A DNA stretch of 62,915 nt, the filler included, from Candidatus Tectimicrobiota bacterium (GTDB lineage Bacteria; JACPSX01), in assembly GCA_016193065.1 (NCBI GenBank). It is 5 parts of 5 records of this genome, joined end to end, with 100 filler letters (N's around TTAATTAATTAA, not from the genome) between each part and the next. Parts side by side here need not be neighbours in the genome. Positions count along the whole stretch, not along the records: positions 28,551 to 39,916 come from JACPSX010000059.1; positions 40,017 to 55,283 come from JACPSX010000060.1; 3 more parts are not named here. One strand, 5' to 3'. The notes under the pieces are model-generated. The model ran no database searches and was not told where the DNA came from. It was given only the letters and a program-made list of their open reading frames with translations. The translations under genes and the position numbers were made by a program. Within the stretch, counting starts at the first letter, position 1; each line of letters starts with the position of its first letter. Shown here piece by piece: positions 37,752 through 47,613 of the stretch.

Positions 37752-38004
37752 ACAAATTGATCCATTGCCAGAGGAGTTTGTCTCGGAGGATGAGGCCGCT
37801 GAGTTTTGGAACACTCACAGCATCACCGACTATGAAGAGTTTCTCGAACCGATGTCTCTCGATGTGGACCTGAAAAGGCGACACTTCGAAATAGAAATCG
37901 ATGAAGAGAGCTTTCTGGCGTTGCGTGCCAGCGCCAGGAAACATCGCAAGCCGGTGAAGCAACTCGCCAGCGAGTTCCTGAAAGAGAAACTTACAACTGG
38001 ATAA
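37735..38004 (+). CDS. Putative CopG/BrnA-type antitoxin
   Basis: PEEFVSEDEAAEFWNTHSITDY; overlaps the toxin gene; C-terminal RHH-like segment. Confidence 0.82.
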   Translation: MRNTDKQIDPLPEEFVSEDEAAEFWNTHSITDYEEFLEPMSLDVDLKRRHFEIEIDEESFLALRASARKHRKPVKQLASEFLKEKLTTG

Positions 38005-38151
38005 TAGCCGTTCACCAGGGTAGCCGGAAGGCCACCTCTTTTTCCTTGACTCCTGTCGCACGCCGGGATTATTCTCGTGCTACCTCAACGAAGCATGCAA
38101 TCGCAGTTTGCGCCGCAACACTCCCTGTTTGGCAAAAGGGAGGGCAAGGCC

Positions 38152-38439
38152 ATGGCGGCCTTGGGCAGTTCTCATTTTCACCCTACCACAGTGTCACTCC
38201 GCGGCCGGCAGCCAAAGCTGCTGGACCGGGTGCGCGAGGCAATCCGGACGCGGCACTACAGCTATAGGACCGAAAAGGCCTATATCCACTGGATCAAGCG
38301 CTTCCTCTTCTTTCAACAAGCGGCACCCGGCAGAGATGGGCGGGCCGGAGATCGCCACGTTTTTGTCCAGCTTGCGCGTCGCGTCAGCGCGTCCACCCAG
38401 AACCACGCGTTGAACGCCATTCTGAAGAACCGTTTATGA
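38152..38439 (+). pseudogene. Integron-integrase N-terminal (SAM-like) domain remnant, frameshifted and truncated
   Basis: KLLDRVREAIRTRHYSYRTEKAYIHWIKRF / NKRHPAEMGGPEIATFLS / VSASTQNHALNAIL split over two frames; no catalytic domain. Confidence 0.85.
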
Positions 38440-39398
38440 GCAAAGTGGAGCAGAACGTGATGTTCAAGAATTGCAAAGAGAAGTACTACCTGGAATGCTT
38501 ATGGAATGGCCTCGAATTCATCTATGAGCAAATACATGAGTTAGAGCAACGTCAAAGACAAGAGCTCTGCAAGAGATCTTCTGGCGAGGTATATGGCCTG
38601 ATCTTTCATGAGACCTGTGGAATGCCCGAACACCACATGATCATCAATTATTTCGTGTGGTACGCATGCTCATTGTTCGCCTTCCTAAAGCTATTCAGTA
38701 AGGCATATTCTCTAGGCGATGACTGGAAAGAAATATTTCCGGACGAGGAGATATGGCGACACAAGGTTGCAGCCCATACCGCGTATACAGACCCGCGACG
38801 CGAAGAAGGCGGATTTATCTCTGCCACAACGACCCAAACGTTGCCTCGGGGACAGGTGATGTGGATATTCCGTGAGCTAATCCAAGCCTTCCGGGAAATA
38901 CGAACCGACCACAAGTACCTACAGGCGCAGGCCAAGAAGGAGCTTGAGGATCTTCGTCAGAACGGTCTTCCGGAAGGTTATCTGCGTCATCCAAAGGAAG
39001 CCATTCGGCGATGGGGCCAATTGGCTTTTGATGCATGGTTCACTAGGCAAGAACCGAAGTATAGGGTCTGTAGCGGGTATCCCCCAGATTGGGAATGGAG
39101 AAAATTAGTTTTGCTGAAGCAGCAGAATTATAAGTGTTCCCGGTGTAGCGGTGATATCTATCGAGTGAGACAGAACGTACGAAACCGGGAGAAGGTCCTC
39201 GAGAGCAGATCCGGCAAGGAGGTCCTACTTCCGAAGGGCCTTCACCTCCATCACATCACACCACTCTCTCAGGGAGGCGATCACTCCTTTGCAAACCTCA
39301 CTCTCTTGTGTCCGCGCTGCCATTCATTTGAGCATCCACACAACGCACGCCTTAAGCCTTACAGGACACGAAGGCCATCCACGCGCAAGATGCCCTAG
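38436..39398 (+). CDS. Protein with C-terminal HNH endonuclease domain (possibly two fused genes)
   Basis: YKCSRC...LHLHHITPLSQGGDHSFANLTLLCPRCHSFEH; visibly lower GC than flanks. Confidence 0.8.
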   Translation: MSKVEQNVMFKNCKEKYYLECLWNGLEFIYEQIHELEQRQRQELCKRSSGEVYGLIFHETCGMPEHHMIINYFVWYACSLFAFLKLFSKAYSLGDDWKEIFPDEEIWRHKVAAHTAYTDPRREEGGFISATTTQTLPRGQVMWIFRELIQAFREIRTDHKYLQAQAKKELEDLRQNGLPEGYLRHPKEAIRRWGQLAFDAWFTRQEPKYRVCSGYPPDWEWRKLVLLKQQNYKCSRCSGDIYRVRQNVRNREKVLESRSGKEVLLPKGLHLHHITPLSQGGDHSFANLTLLCPRCHSFEHPHNARLKPYRTRRPSTRKMP

Positions 39399-39583
39399 GC
39401 CGAATCGGGATTGACCCAGGTCCTCGCCAGACCTGCCGGGTCTTGCCCGGGCGATTTCGCGCCTCGATATTGTCATCCCGCCTCAACGTTCTACCGCTTG
39501 GAATTCCGGGGAATTGGGAATTCCGGGGACAGTATACAGCAATTGACAGATGACATGACACAAGGGCGAAATCTCCAGTCAGG

Positions 39584-39916
39584 GCAAGGATTGCCCGAGT
39601 GGTCGTGCCGGATTTCCCGCATCACGTGGTGCAGCGTGGCGTGATGCAGGATAGATGTGTTTTTTTATCGTGGTGCCGCGTCAGAGCAAGTCGCTTTCAG
39701 CCACGTTTGGAGAGGCTCATCGCAGGTACACGCGTGTGGTTAATTTCCGCGAAGGCTGGCGAGGTCATCTGTGGCAGGAGCGTTTCCACTCTTACCCGAT
39801 GGACGAACGTCATTTGCTTGCCGCCGTTCGGTATGTGGAGATGAATCCGGTTCGTGCGGGGTTGGTACAGAAACCAGAAGACTGGGAGTGGTCGAGTGCG
39901 CGGTATCATTTAAGGC
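39584..39916 (+). pseudogene. REP-associated tyrosine transposase (RAYT/Y1) remnant with internal deletion
   Basis: ARIARVVVPDFPHHVVQRG, then in another frame GHLWQERFHS...RYVEMNPVRAGLV..PEDWEWSSA; HUH segment absent. Confidence 0.85.
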
Positions 39917-40016
39917 NNNNNNNNNNNNNNNNNNNNNNNNNNNNNNNNNNNNNNNNNNNNTTAATTAATTAANNNNNNNNNNNNNNNNNNNNNNNNNNNN
40001 NNNNNNNNNNNNNNNN
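39917..40016. other. Artificial contig-joining gap
   Basis: 100 N with TTAATTAATTAA linker. Confidence 0.97.
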
Positions 40017-40256
40017 CGCCTGCGGGGGTCGCCCCCTCGGAGGCAGGGCTCCGAGAGGGCTGACTTTCCCGCCCTGAGCGCAACTGCCGGAGCAACGGGG
40101 ACCCACCGGGAGCGGGCGGGGAAGGGAAACCGCGCAGCCTGGACTTGCTTGCAGATAGCTCAATACTTAACGTGGCGGTAGCGGAGGGCTCCCAACCCGC
40201 CCGCCTCGGAAGGGTCGTTGCGAGAGGCCGTGGAGCGAAGGGCGGGAAGGCGGCCC
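40017..40256 (+). ncRNA. Dispersed ~240-nt structured element, copy C (starts at contig break)
   Basis: Aligns with copies A and B; compensatory changes in stems. Confidence 0.7.
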
Positions 40257-40437
40257 GTTTACTGGACCCGCAGAAACTGGGTGTGGGCGCGCAAATGAGG
40301 GGCTTGACAAGGAATCTTAAAGTCCGTAAGGTCAACCTCTAAGGGTTCATATGTTCAGGATGAACTTGAGGGTTCCTATGGAGAGGCAGGGTGGTTTCGC
40401 GGGAGCCGCGGTTCAGGCCGGTTCGGGAAAGACAGGA

Positions 40438-40686
40438 ATGAACAGCAAGAAGTGGGGGATTCTGGAGGCGCGCATTGGCGAGATGCTGGCCCGGGTCCGG
40501 AACCTGCATCAGAAGGTGGCGGTCTTGGAGTCCGAAGCGGGTGGACTCAGGCGGGAATTGGAGAATAGCGCCAGGGAAATTCAGGGCTTGCGGGAACGCA
40601 TTGGAGCCTTGATGGAAGAGCGCCAGGTGATCCGCACGAGAGTCTCCACTGTGCTGAAGAGCCTCTCCAAATGGTCGCTTTTGTAA
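40438..40686 (+). CDS. zapB: Coiled-coil protein, ZapB-like
   Basis: LEARIGEML...ERQVIRTRVSTVLKSL heptad pattern, directly upstream of zapA. Confidence 0.65.
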   Translation: MNSKKWGILEARIGEMLARVRNLHQKVAVLESEAGGLRRELENSAREIQGLRERIGALMEERQVIRTRVSTVLKSLSKWSLL

Positions 40687-40707
40687 CTGGAGGATCGGGA
40701 CCAGCCG

Positions 40708-41004
40708 ATGAAGAATGCGATTGAGGTGCAGATTTGTGGGCGGCGATATGTGTTGAAGGGGGATGCGACCCCCGAACACGCGGGAAGGCTGGCGGCCTAT
40801 GTGGATGAACAAATGCGCAAGCTCTCCGCGTCGGCGGGTGCGGTGTCATCCCTGAACGTCGCCGTCCTGGCGGCCCTTAACATCGCCGAAGAACTCTTCA
40901 AGGTAAGAGAAGAAAAGCAGCTCCTGGAAGAAACTTACGAAAAGAAGGCAAGCAACCTGATCGATCTCCTGTCCCGGGAGATGGACCCCGATCCGAAATT
41001 GTAA
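40708..41004 (+). CDS. zapA: Cell division protein ZapA
   Basis: EVQICGRRYVL, LAAYVDEQMR, AVLAALNIAEEL. Confidence 0.93.
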   Translation: MKNAIEVQICGRRYVLKGDATPEHAGRLAAYVDEQMRKLSASAGAVSSLNVAVLAALNIAEELFKVREEKQLLEETYEKKASNLIDLLSREMDPDPKL

Positions 41005-41107
41005 TCCCAGGCAAGTTTCTCTGGCTGAGCCCCGTAATTGCTCTGCATGGTACGGGGTGATTGTCATTTCAAGGATTCTGGCCTTGAATCTCTTTTCGGA
41101 TCGGGGT
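40985..41107. mobile_element. Putative MITE-like element with 14-bp terminal inverted repeats
   Basis: ACCCCGATCCGAAA ... TTTCGGATCGGGGT; same ends at 62710-62853. Confidence 0.55.
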
Positions 41108-41340
41108 GGATGGCTCTTCCTGAGGAATCCCCGGATATTTTGCCCGAGTTCCACGACAGGCTGTCCCCTTTTTTGACTTGATTTTTCCTGGCTCAAGAAT
41201 TAGGATCGTCGATGAGATTATATGCGCGTTATCGCAGCATGGCAGTTGCTGGCAAAGGTTAGAGGACAGAGGAATCTCAACGGTGGCAGTTCCCAACGGG
41301 ATTAGAGTAAGTTCGGCGGAGGGGAAAACAGGGAGTCTTT

Positions 41341-41551
41341 TCTCTTGGATCGGTTTTGCGATTTTGGGGCTTCTCGGCTACAGCGGCCCTTCTCGCAGAT
41401 TCCGACGTGCACCCTTGATCACGATGTGGCCCCGCATTGGTACCGGTTGCCGGGTCGAGCTCTGTGGGGCAGGCACCCACCTTGCGGGTACCCGGAGCTC
41501 GGATCTGTGTGGGGAAGCATTCCCACCACCCCCTCGCCGATTCCAAAGAGA
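41341..41551 (+). ncRNA. ssrS: Candidate 6S RNA
   Basis: Located between zapA and rny (usual ssrS locus); closing stem TCTCTTGGATCGG/CCGATTCCAAAGAGA, inner stem TTCTCGCAGATTCCGA/TCGGATCTGTGTGGGGAA, GGCACCCACCT motif; boundaries and strand approximate. Confidence 0.45.
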
Positions 41552-41842
41552 TTTTGTCTCCACGACCGGCTGGAGTCGTCAGGAAAGTTTCGGAGTTGCC
41601 TCGGGACGCACGACTTCGCCGCCGGACGGTTTGCCTATCACTCCCTTTGGGGCCCGTTTCTTGAATTTCTGCCGCCTTCGGTTCCAGATCTGCGCCTGAG
41701 ATCCTGCTGCCTCTCTTCCTGCGCCCAGTGACTTTCTTTATCCCGGCCGGAGCTGCTTGATCCGGGAGCTCGGGGAGGCCCCTGTCTCGTAGGGCTTTCC
41801 GGACCAAGTGAGGTGGCTCGGGTCCGAGAGGAGGTGGGTACT

Positions 41843-43408
41843 TTGGAAAACTCGATTCTATGGATCATCGCAAGCGCCCTCTTGGGCATCTTGGGATTTC
41901 TTGGCGGGGTGCTGTTCAGGAGATTTCTGGTCGAGGCCAGGCTCGGGTCTGTTCAGGAAAAAACCCGCACGCTGCTTGCAGAAAGCGAGCACGAGGCCGA
42001 GAGGAAAGTTAAGGAAGCTTCTATAGAAGCCAAGGAGATTGTCCTGCGCGCCCGGGCGGAGTTCGATCAGGAGACCAAACAACGCCGCTCCGAGTTGCAA
42101 CGGATGGAGCATCGACTCATCCAGAAAGAGGAGATGCTCGACCGCAAGATGGACCTCCTGGACCGCAAGGAAAAAGACTTCATCAACAAAGAACGCAAAC
42201 TTCAGGAACGAGAAACGAGGATTTCACATCAGGAACGGAAGGCCCAGAGCATTCTTGAAGAGCAGATCCGGAAATTGGAGCAGATTTCCGGCCTGACTTC
42301 CCAGCAGGCGAAAGAGGAACTGGTGACGAAGCTCGTGGATGAGGCCCGGGTCGAGGCGGCAGAAAAGGTGAAACGAATCGAGGAAGAAACCCGGGAACTG
42401 TCCAGCCGCAAGGCTCGCGAAATCCTCAGTCTGGCCATTCAGCGCTACGCGGCCGATCACGTGGCCGAGACCACCGTTTCGGTGGTGGACCTCCCCAACG
42501 ATGAGATGAAGGGGCGCATTATCGGCCGGGAAGGGCGCAACATCCGGGCCCTGGAGATGGCCACGGGTGTGGACCTGATCATCGATGACACCCCGGAGGC
42601 CGTGATTATCTCCTGCTTCGACCCCATCCGCAGGGAGATTTGCCGTCAAGCTTTGCAACGTCTGGTGGCCGACGGCCGCATCCATCCCGGGCGGATCGAG
42701 GAAGTGGTCAACAAGGTAAAAAAGGAGATCGAAAACGGTTTTCGGGAAGACGGCGAGCAGGCGATGTTCGAGCTGGGGCTTTCGGGAATCCACGTGGAGC
42801 TCTTGAAGCTTCTGGGACGCCTGAAATTCCGCACCAGCTATTCCCAGAACGTGCTGCAGCATTCCAAGGAGGTTGCTTACCTGTGCGGCCTGCTGGCTGC
42901 CGAGTTGGATCTCGACCCGAAGCTCGCGAAACGGGCCGGTCTCTTTCACGATATTGGCAAGGCGGTTGACCAGCAGATGGAAGGGTCCCATATCCAGGTG
43001 GGCATCGAGATAGCCAAGCGCTACGGGGAACCCCCGGAGGTGATCAACGCCATTGCCTCCCATCACGAGGATGTGGAGGCTTCCTGCATCGAAGCGGTCC
43101 TCGTGGACGCCGCCGATGCCCTGTCGGCGGCCCGTCCCGGGGCGCGGCGGGAAATGCTGGAGAGCTACGTAAAGCGTCTGGCCAAGCTGGAGGAGATCGG
43201 CGAATCGTTTAAAGGGGTGGCCAAGACCTATGCGATTCAGGCCGGCCGGGAGATCCGGGTGATGGTCGAGCCCGAGCAGATCAAGGACGCCGAGGCCCTT
43301 TTCCTGGCCAAGGACATTGCCAAGAAGATCAAGCAGGAAATGGCTTTCCCCGGTGAGATCCGGGTGACGGTAATCCGGGAGGTGCGCGCGGTGGAATATG
43401 CCCGATGA
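41843..43408 (+). CDS. rny: Ribonuclease Y
   Basis: N-terminal TM, coiled coil, [18 protein letters not shown] motif [28 protein letters not shown] before TTG 41843. Confidence 0.97.
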   Translation: MENSILWIIASALLGILGFLGGVLFRRFLVEARLGSVQEKTRTLLAESEHEAERKVKEASIEAKEIVLRARAEFDQETKQRRSELQRMEHRLIQKEEMLDRKMDLLDRKEKDFINKERKLQERETRISHQERKAQSILEEQIRKLEQISGLTSQQAKEELVTKLVDEARVEAAEKVKRIEEETRELSSRKAREILSLAIQRYAADHVAETTVSVVDLPNDEMKGRIIGREGRNIRALEMATGVDLIIDDTPEAVIISCFDPIRREICRQALQRLVADGRIHPGRIEEVVNKVKKEIENGFREDGEQAMFELGLSGIHVELLKLLGRLKFRTSYSQNVLQHSKEVAYLCGLLAAELDLDPKLAKRAGLFHDIGKAVDQQMEGSHIQVGIEIAKRYGEPPEVINAIASHHEDVEASCIEAVLVDAADALSAARPGARREMLESYVKRLAKLEEIGESFKGVAKTYAIQAGREIRVMVEPEQIKDAEALFLAKDIAKKIKQEMAFPGEIRVTVIREVRAVEYAR

Positions 43409-44216
43409 CCTGAAGATCCTTTTTATCGGGGACATTGTCGGCAAAATTGGGCGCCGCATGGTGGCCGAGTGTCTGCCGCTTCTGGTCAAGGAACACGGAA
43501 TCGACCTGTGCATCGCCAACTGTGAGAACGCGGCCGGCGGCTTCGGGATCACGCCCAAGGTGGCCGATCAGCTCTTTAGTTGCGGGGTCCACCTGCTGAC
43601 CTCGGGAAATCACATCTGGGATAAAGCGGAGGGGATCCAGTTTTTGGAACAGGACAGCCGGATGTTGCGCCCCGCCAACTATCCTCCGGATACGCCCGGG
43701 AGGGGTGTGGCTGTGGTGGAGGCCCCCGGCAGGGAGCGGGTGGGGGTCTTGAACCTCTGCGGCCGGGTCTTTCTGGAAGCCATCGACTGCCCCTTCCGTG
43801 CGGCCGATCGCGAGATCGCCAAACTGAGAACCGAGACACGGATCATCTTTGTTGACATGCATGGGGAAGCCACTTCGGAAAAGGTGGCCATGGGCTGGTA
43901 TCTGGATGGCAGGGTCAGCGCGGTGGTGGGCACCCACACCCACGTGCAGACGGCGGATGAGAGGGTCTTACCCGGAGGAACCGCCTACATCACGGATGTG
44001 GGAATGACGGGGCCCGCGGATTCCATTATCGGCATCCGCAAGGAGCTGATCATCGAGAGGTTTCTCACCCACCTCCCGCGCAAATTCGAGACCGCCCGCG
44101 GGGAGGGGCAGTTCAACGCCGTCGTCGTCCAGGTTCACCGATCCACCGGAGTCGCAACCCACATCAGCCGATCTTATATCCGCTCGGCCTGGTTGAGCCA
44201 AGGACAGGAGGATTGA
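43398..44216 (+). CDS. ymdB: YmdB-like (TIGR00282) metallophosphoesterase
   Basis: [39 protein letters not shown]. Confidence 0.95.
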   Translation: MPDDLKILFIGDIVGKIGRRMVAECLPLLVKEHGIDLCIANCENAAGGFGITPKVADQLFSCGVHLLTSGNHIWDKAEGIQFLEQDSRMLRPANYPPDTPGRGVAVVEAPGRERVGVLNLCGRVFLEAIDCPFRAADREIAKLRTETRIIFVDMHGEATSEKVAMGWYLDGRVSAVVGTHTHVQTADERVLPGGTAYITDVGMTGPADSIIGIRKELIIERFLTHLPRKFETARGEGQFNAVVVQVHRSTGVATHISRSYIRSAWLSQGQED

Positions 44217-44221
44217 CGGGT

Positions 44222-45820
44222 CTAGTCTTCGATCCGGAAGCTGGATCTTATTTCGGCAATCCTCTCGGCCGTGAGGCGAGGGAATAGAGGTTCGGGTTTT
44301 CCGAGCGCCTTTCCGGCTTTCATCCCTCCCCAGCGCGTGGCTTCGCCAAGAGTTGGCCTTTCCCCGTCTCCAGGATGGATCCCCAGTTGTTCTTCCATCT
44401 GCCGGGCAATTCCGGGCAGGAAAGGGGAAAGCAGCGTGGCCGTCTGGCGCAGGGCTTCCAGCGTACTGTAAAGCACCCCATCGAGCCGGTCTCTTTGTTC
44501 CGGGTCCTTGGCCAGGTTCCAGGGGGCCTTTTCATCGATAAACTTGTTCGCTGCCCCCACGAGCTCCCAGATCCCCGCCAAAGCCTTGTGAAACGCCAGT
44601 TCCTCCATGGACCGTCGCACTTCATTCAGGGCGCGCTCGGCTGCGGCTCGAAGGGGCTCCGAAACTTCCGCAGCCGGACACCCGGAAGCCGGATACCCGG
44701 GCGGGACTTGTCCCTGAGAATACCGGTGCGCCATGGAAAGGGTCCGGCTGAGGAGGTTTCCCAGGTCGTTGGCCAGATCGCTGTTGACCCGGTGAATCAA
44801 CGTGGAGTGGGAGAAGTCCCCATCCAGGCCGAAGGCCACCTCGCGCAGGAGGTAGTAGCGGATCGGGTCGACTCCATATTGATCCAGCAGGCGGTTGGGA
44901 TCCACCACGTTCTGCAGAGATTTGGACATCTTGCGACCTTCCACGGTCCACCAACCGTGGCTGAAGATCTGGTGGGGGAGCGGCAGGCCGGCCGACATGA
45001 GGAAGGTGGGCCAGTAGACCGCGTGGAAGCGGAGAATGTCCTTGCCGATCAGGTGGATGTTGGCCGGCCACAGGCTCTCGAGCTGCTGCGGATCCTCGGG
45101 ATAACCTGCCGCTGAGATGTAGTTGGCCAGGGCGTCGAACCAGACGTAGATGACGTGCTGGGAATCCCGGGGAACGGGAATTCCCCAGCGGAAGGAGGTG
45201 CGGCTGATGCTCAAATCCCTGAGCCCGCCCTGGACGAAGCGGATGATCTCGTTGTATCGCGCCTGGGGCTGAACGAAATGAGGGTTTTGGGCATAAAAGG
45301 AAAGAAGAGCCTCCTGGTAGCGGGACATGCGGAAGAAATAGCTCTTTTCCTTGAGCTTTTCGACCGACCGGCCGCAGTCCGGGCAGTTGCCCTGGACGAG
45401 CTGGGTCTCGGTCCAGAAAGTTTCACAAGGCGTGCAGTACCAGTCCTCGTAGTCCCCCAGGTAGATATCTCCTTTTTCGTAGACCTGGTTGAAAAAGTGC
45501 TGCACCGCCCCCTTATGGTGGGCTTCCGTCGTGCGGATGAAGTAGTCGTTGGAAATTTCCAGGCGCTGCCACAAACCTTTGAACCGCTCCACGACCCGGT
45601 CCGCCAGTTCCTGAGGGGCCTCCCCCTGCTGGCGGGCCGCCCGTTCCACCTTTTGGCCGTGCTCGTCGGTGCCGGTCAGGAAGAAAACCTTTTTCCCCTC
45701 CAGGCGCCGGTAGCGCGCCACCGTATCGGCGGCCACCGTGGTGTAAGCGTGACCTAGATGAGGAACGTCATTCACGTAATAGATCGGGGTGGTGATGTAG
45801 AAGGTTTTTTCTGGAGTCAT
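44222..45820 (-). CDS. metG: Methionyl-tRNA synthetase (short form)
   Basis: YITTPIYYVN, HLGH, GTDEHG, YVWFDAL, KMSKS. Confidence 0.97.
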   Translation of the reverse strand: MTPEKTFYITTPIYYVNDVPHLGHAYTTVAADTVARYRRLEGKKVFFLTGTDEHGQKVERAARQQGEAPQELADRVVERFKGLWQRLEISNDYFIRTTEAHHKGAVQHFFNQVYEKGDIYLGDYEDWYCTPCETFWTETQLVQGNCPDCGRSVEKLKEKSYFFRMSRYQEALLSFYAQNPHFVQPQARYNEIIRFVQGGLRDLSISRTSFRWGIPVPRDSQHVIYVWFDALANYISAAGYPEDPQQLESLWPANIHLIGKDILRFHAVYWPTFLMSAGLPLPHQIFSHGWWTVEGRKMSKSLQNVVDPNRLLDQYGVDPIRYYLLREVAFGLDGDFSHSTLIHRVNSDLANDLGNLLSRTLSMAHRYSQGQVPPGYPASGCPAAEVSEPLRAAAERALNEVRRSMEELAFHKALAGIWELVGAANKFIDEKAPWNLAKDPEQRDRLDGVLYSTLEALRQTATLLSPFLPGIARQMEEQLGIHPGDGERPTLGEATRWGGMKAGKALGKPEPLFPRLTAERIAEIRSSFRIED

Positions 45821-45938
45821 AGCTCGTTGTTTTCTGCCATCCGAATTCTACGGCGTATTTATTCGGCCTGAAACTTGGTCCCGGACCCGGATGCTCCGGG
45901 CCTCCCGGGAAACCGCTTCTCGGATTTGTGTCCGCTCA

Positions 45939-46748
45939 TCACTCGTTCAAGGCCACTTCCATGAGTTCGTCCAGGCGTGCGTTCACGGTCTTGCCGTCTT
46001 CCATTTCCACCGTAACCCTCTCCTGGAGGATGTGCGTCTTGATCACCCGCCCGCACCCTTCCTTGGTGCACACGGTTTTGCCGCAGTGGGGCATGTTCTT
46101 GCTCATCTCCACATACGTCGTATGCTCGTAGGCCAGGCAACAGAACAGGCGCCCGCAGACCCCCGAGATTTTTGAAGGATTGACGGGAAGGTCCTGGTCC
46201 TTGGCCATGCGGATGGAGACGGGGTGAAATTCCCTGAGATAGCTCGAGCAGCACAGGTTCAGCCCGCAGGGTCCGAAGCCTCCGAACATTTTGGCCTCGT
46301 CCCGCACTCCAATCTGTTTCATCTCGATGCGGATCTTGAAATTCTGCGCGACCTCCCGAACGAGATCCCGGAAGTCGATGCGGCCCGGGGCGGTGAAAAA
46401 GACCGTGGCTTTTTTCCCTTCCAGGGCCACCTCCACCCGCACGAGTTTCATTTCCGTCTTGCGCTCGCCGATCTTCTGCTCGCAAAACCTCTGAATGGAT
46501 TCTTGCAGGGCGGTGTTTCTCCGGTCTCGTTCCATATCCTCGGGTGTTGCCTTGCGCAGGACGTTCAACATCGGTTTGTGCTGCAGGATGTAGAACAGCT
46601 TGCGGGGAGGGAGGGCGACCTCCGCAACCCCCTGTCCATTTTCCGTCTCTAGGACGCAAACATCCCCTCTTTGCAGGTCGGGCAAATCGGTCTTGTAATC
46701 GTGGATCGTACTGCCGAACGGGAACTTCATCCCCACGACCCTAAACAT
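45939..46748 (-). CDS. ricT: PSP1-domain protein RicT/YaaT
   Basis: RIDFRDLV, RIEMKQIGVRDEA, GPCG..LCC, KISGVCGRLFCCL.YE. Confidence 0.92.
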   Translation of the reverse strand: MFRVVGMKFPFGSTIHDYKTDLPDLQRGDVCVLETENGQGVAEVALPPRKLFYILQHKPMLNVLRKATPEDMERDRRNTALQESIQRFCEQKIGERKTEMKLVRVEVALEGKKATVFFTAPGRIDFRDLVREVAQNFKIRIEMKQIGVRDEAKMFGGFGPCGLNLCCSSYLREFHPVSIRMAKDQDLPVNPSKISGVCGRLFCCLAYEHTTYVEMSKNMPHCGKTVCTKEGCGRVIKTHILQERVTVEMEDGKTVNARLDELMEVALNE

Positions 46749-47613
46749 GGTGGGACTCCTTAACGCCGGCTCGGGCCAGGGAGATGCGGGCGGCCAGGGC
46801 CTCAAGGGCGAGCTGCGGGGAGGCGTTTGCCCGCAGTTGGCCCAGGGTTTCCGATACCATGGTCGCAATCCGTCCCAGGGCCGCCGGCGGCGTCTGTAAG
46901 TTGATCTGCTTCATTTCCGGGATCTTGTCGCGGTTGACGACCTGCTCCTCTCTCGCACCGGATTGGAGAACCATCAAGTCCCGGCTCAGGAGCAGGAAGA
47001 GTCTCAAGAATTCTTCAAAGGTCCGTCGCTCTTTCCCGAAGTTCTGGAGAAGAGATTGGAGCCCTGCATTCCCTGGAGCTGGACCCGGCGTGAGCAGCAA
47101 GAAGGCCAGGGAGAGGAACTTCTCTCGCAGAGCCATGTCCATGTCCAGCGCCCAGCCCACTCGGCCGCGGGACAGGACGGCCCAGGGAGGAGGCTCCTCG
47201 ATGACTTTCAGAAGCGCGTTTCCGGCCTGCTCGGTGAGAAATTCAGCGTCGTCGAGGATCGCGACCTTACGGGTCCCCTCGTGGGCTTTCAGGGAGAGGG
47301 CCCGCTGGAGGTCGCGGACCTGCTCAATCTTGAGGCTCTTGGCGTCCCGGCCGGGATCCGTTTGGGGCTCCACCAGAAGCAAGTCGGGATGAACCCCTCG
47401 GGACGCTTTCCGGCACGAGGGGCATTCCTCGCAGGGGACCTTGGAGCCGCCGGGGCATAGAATGCCTCTGGCGAACGTCAAGGCCATGAGCCTCTTCCCG
47501 ATCTGGGCTGGCCCCGTGAAGAGGTAGGCTTGTGCCACCCTTTTTTCAGCCAGGGCGCCGAAGAGAAATTCTCTGGCCCGTTCGTGCCCCAGGAGGACGC
47601 TAGAGCCGTTCAT
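46741..47613 (-). CDS. holB: DNA polymerase III delta' subunit with an apparent in-frame internal deletion
   Basis: AYLFTGP..IGK, C..C.SC, HPD, NALLKVIEEPP; LLPTIxSRC segment missing; tmk-holB-ricT synteny. Confidence 0.88.
   Translation of the reverse strand: MNGSSVLLGHERAREFLFGALAEKRVAQAYLFTGPAQIGKRLMALTFARGILCPGGSKVPCEECPSCRKASRGVHPDLLLVEPQTDPGRDAKSLKIEQVRDLQRALSLKAHEGTRKVAILDDAEFLTEQAGNALLKVIEEPPPWAVLSRGRVGWALDMDMALREKFLSLAFLLLTPGPAPGNAGLQSLLQNFGKERRTFEEFLRLFLLLSRDLMVLQSGAREEQVVNRDKIPEMKQINLQTPPAALGRIATMVSETLGQLRANASPQLALEALAARISLARAGVKESHHV

Noticed and set aside
39584-40256. RAYT transposase apparently adjacent to copy C of the structured element
   Set aside because: They are separated by an artificial gap, so physical linkage is not shown
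41178-41807. ORFs between zapA and rny
   Set aside because: No recognisable domains or RBS; they overlap the candidate 6S RNA
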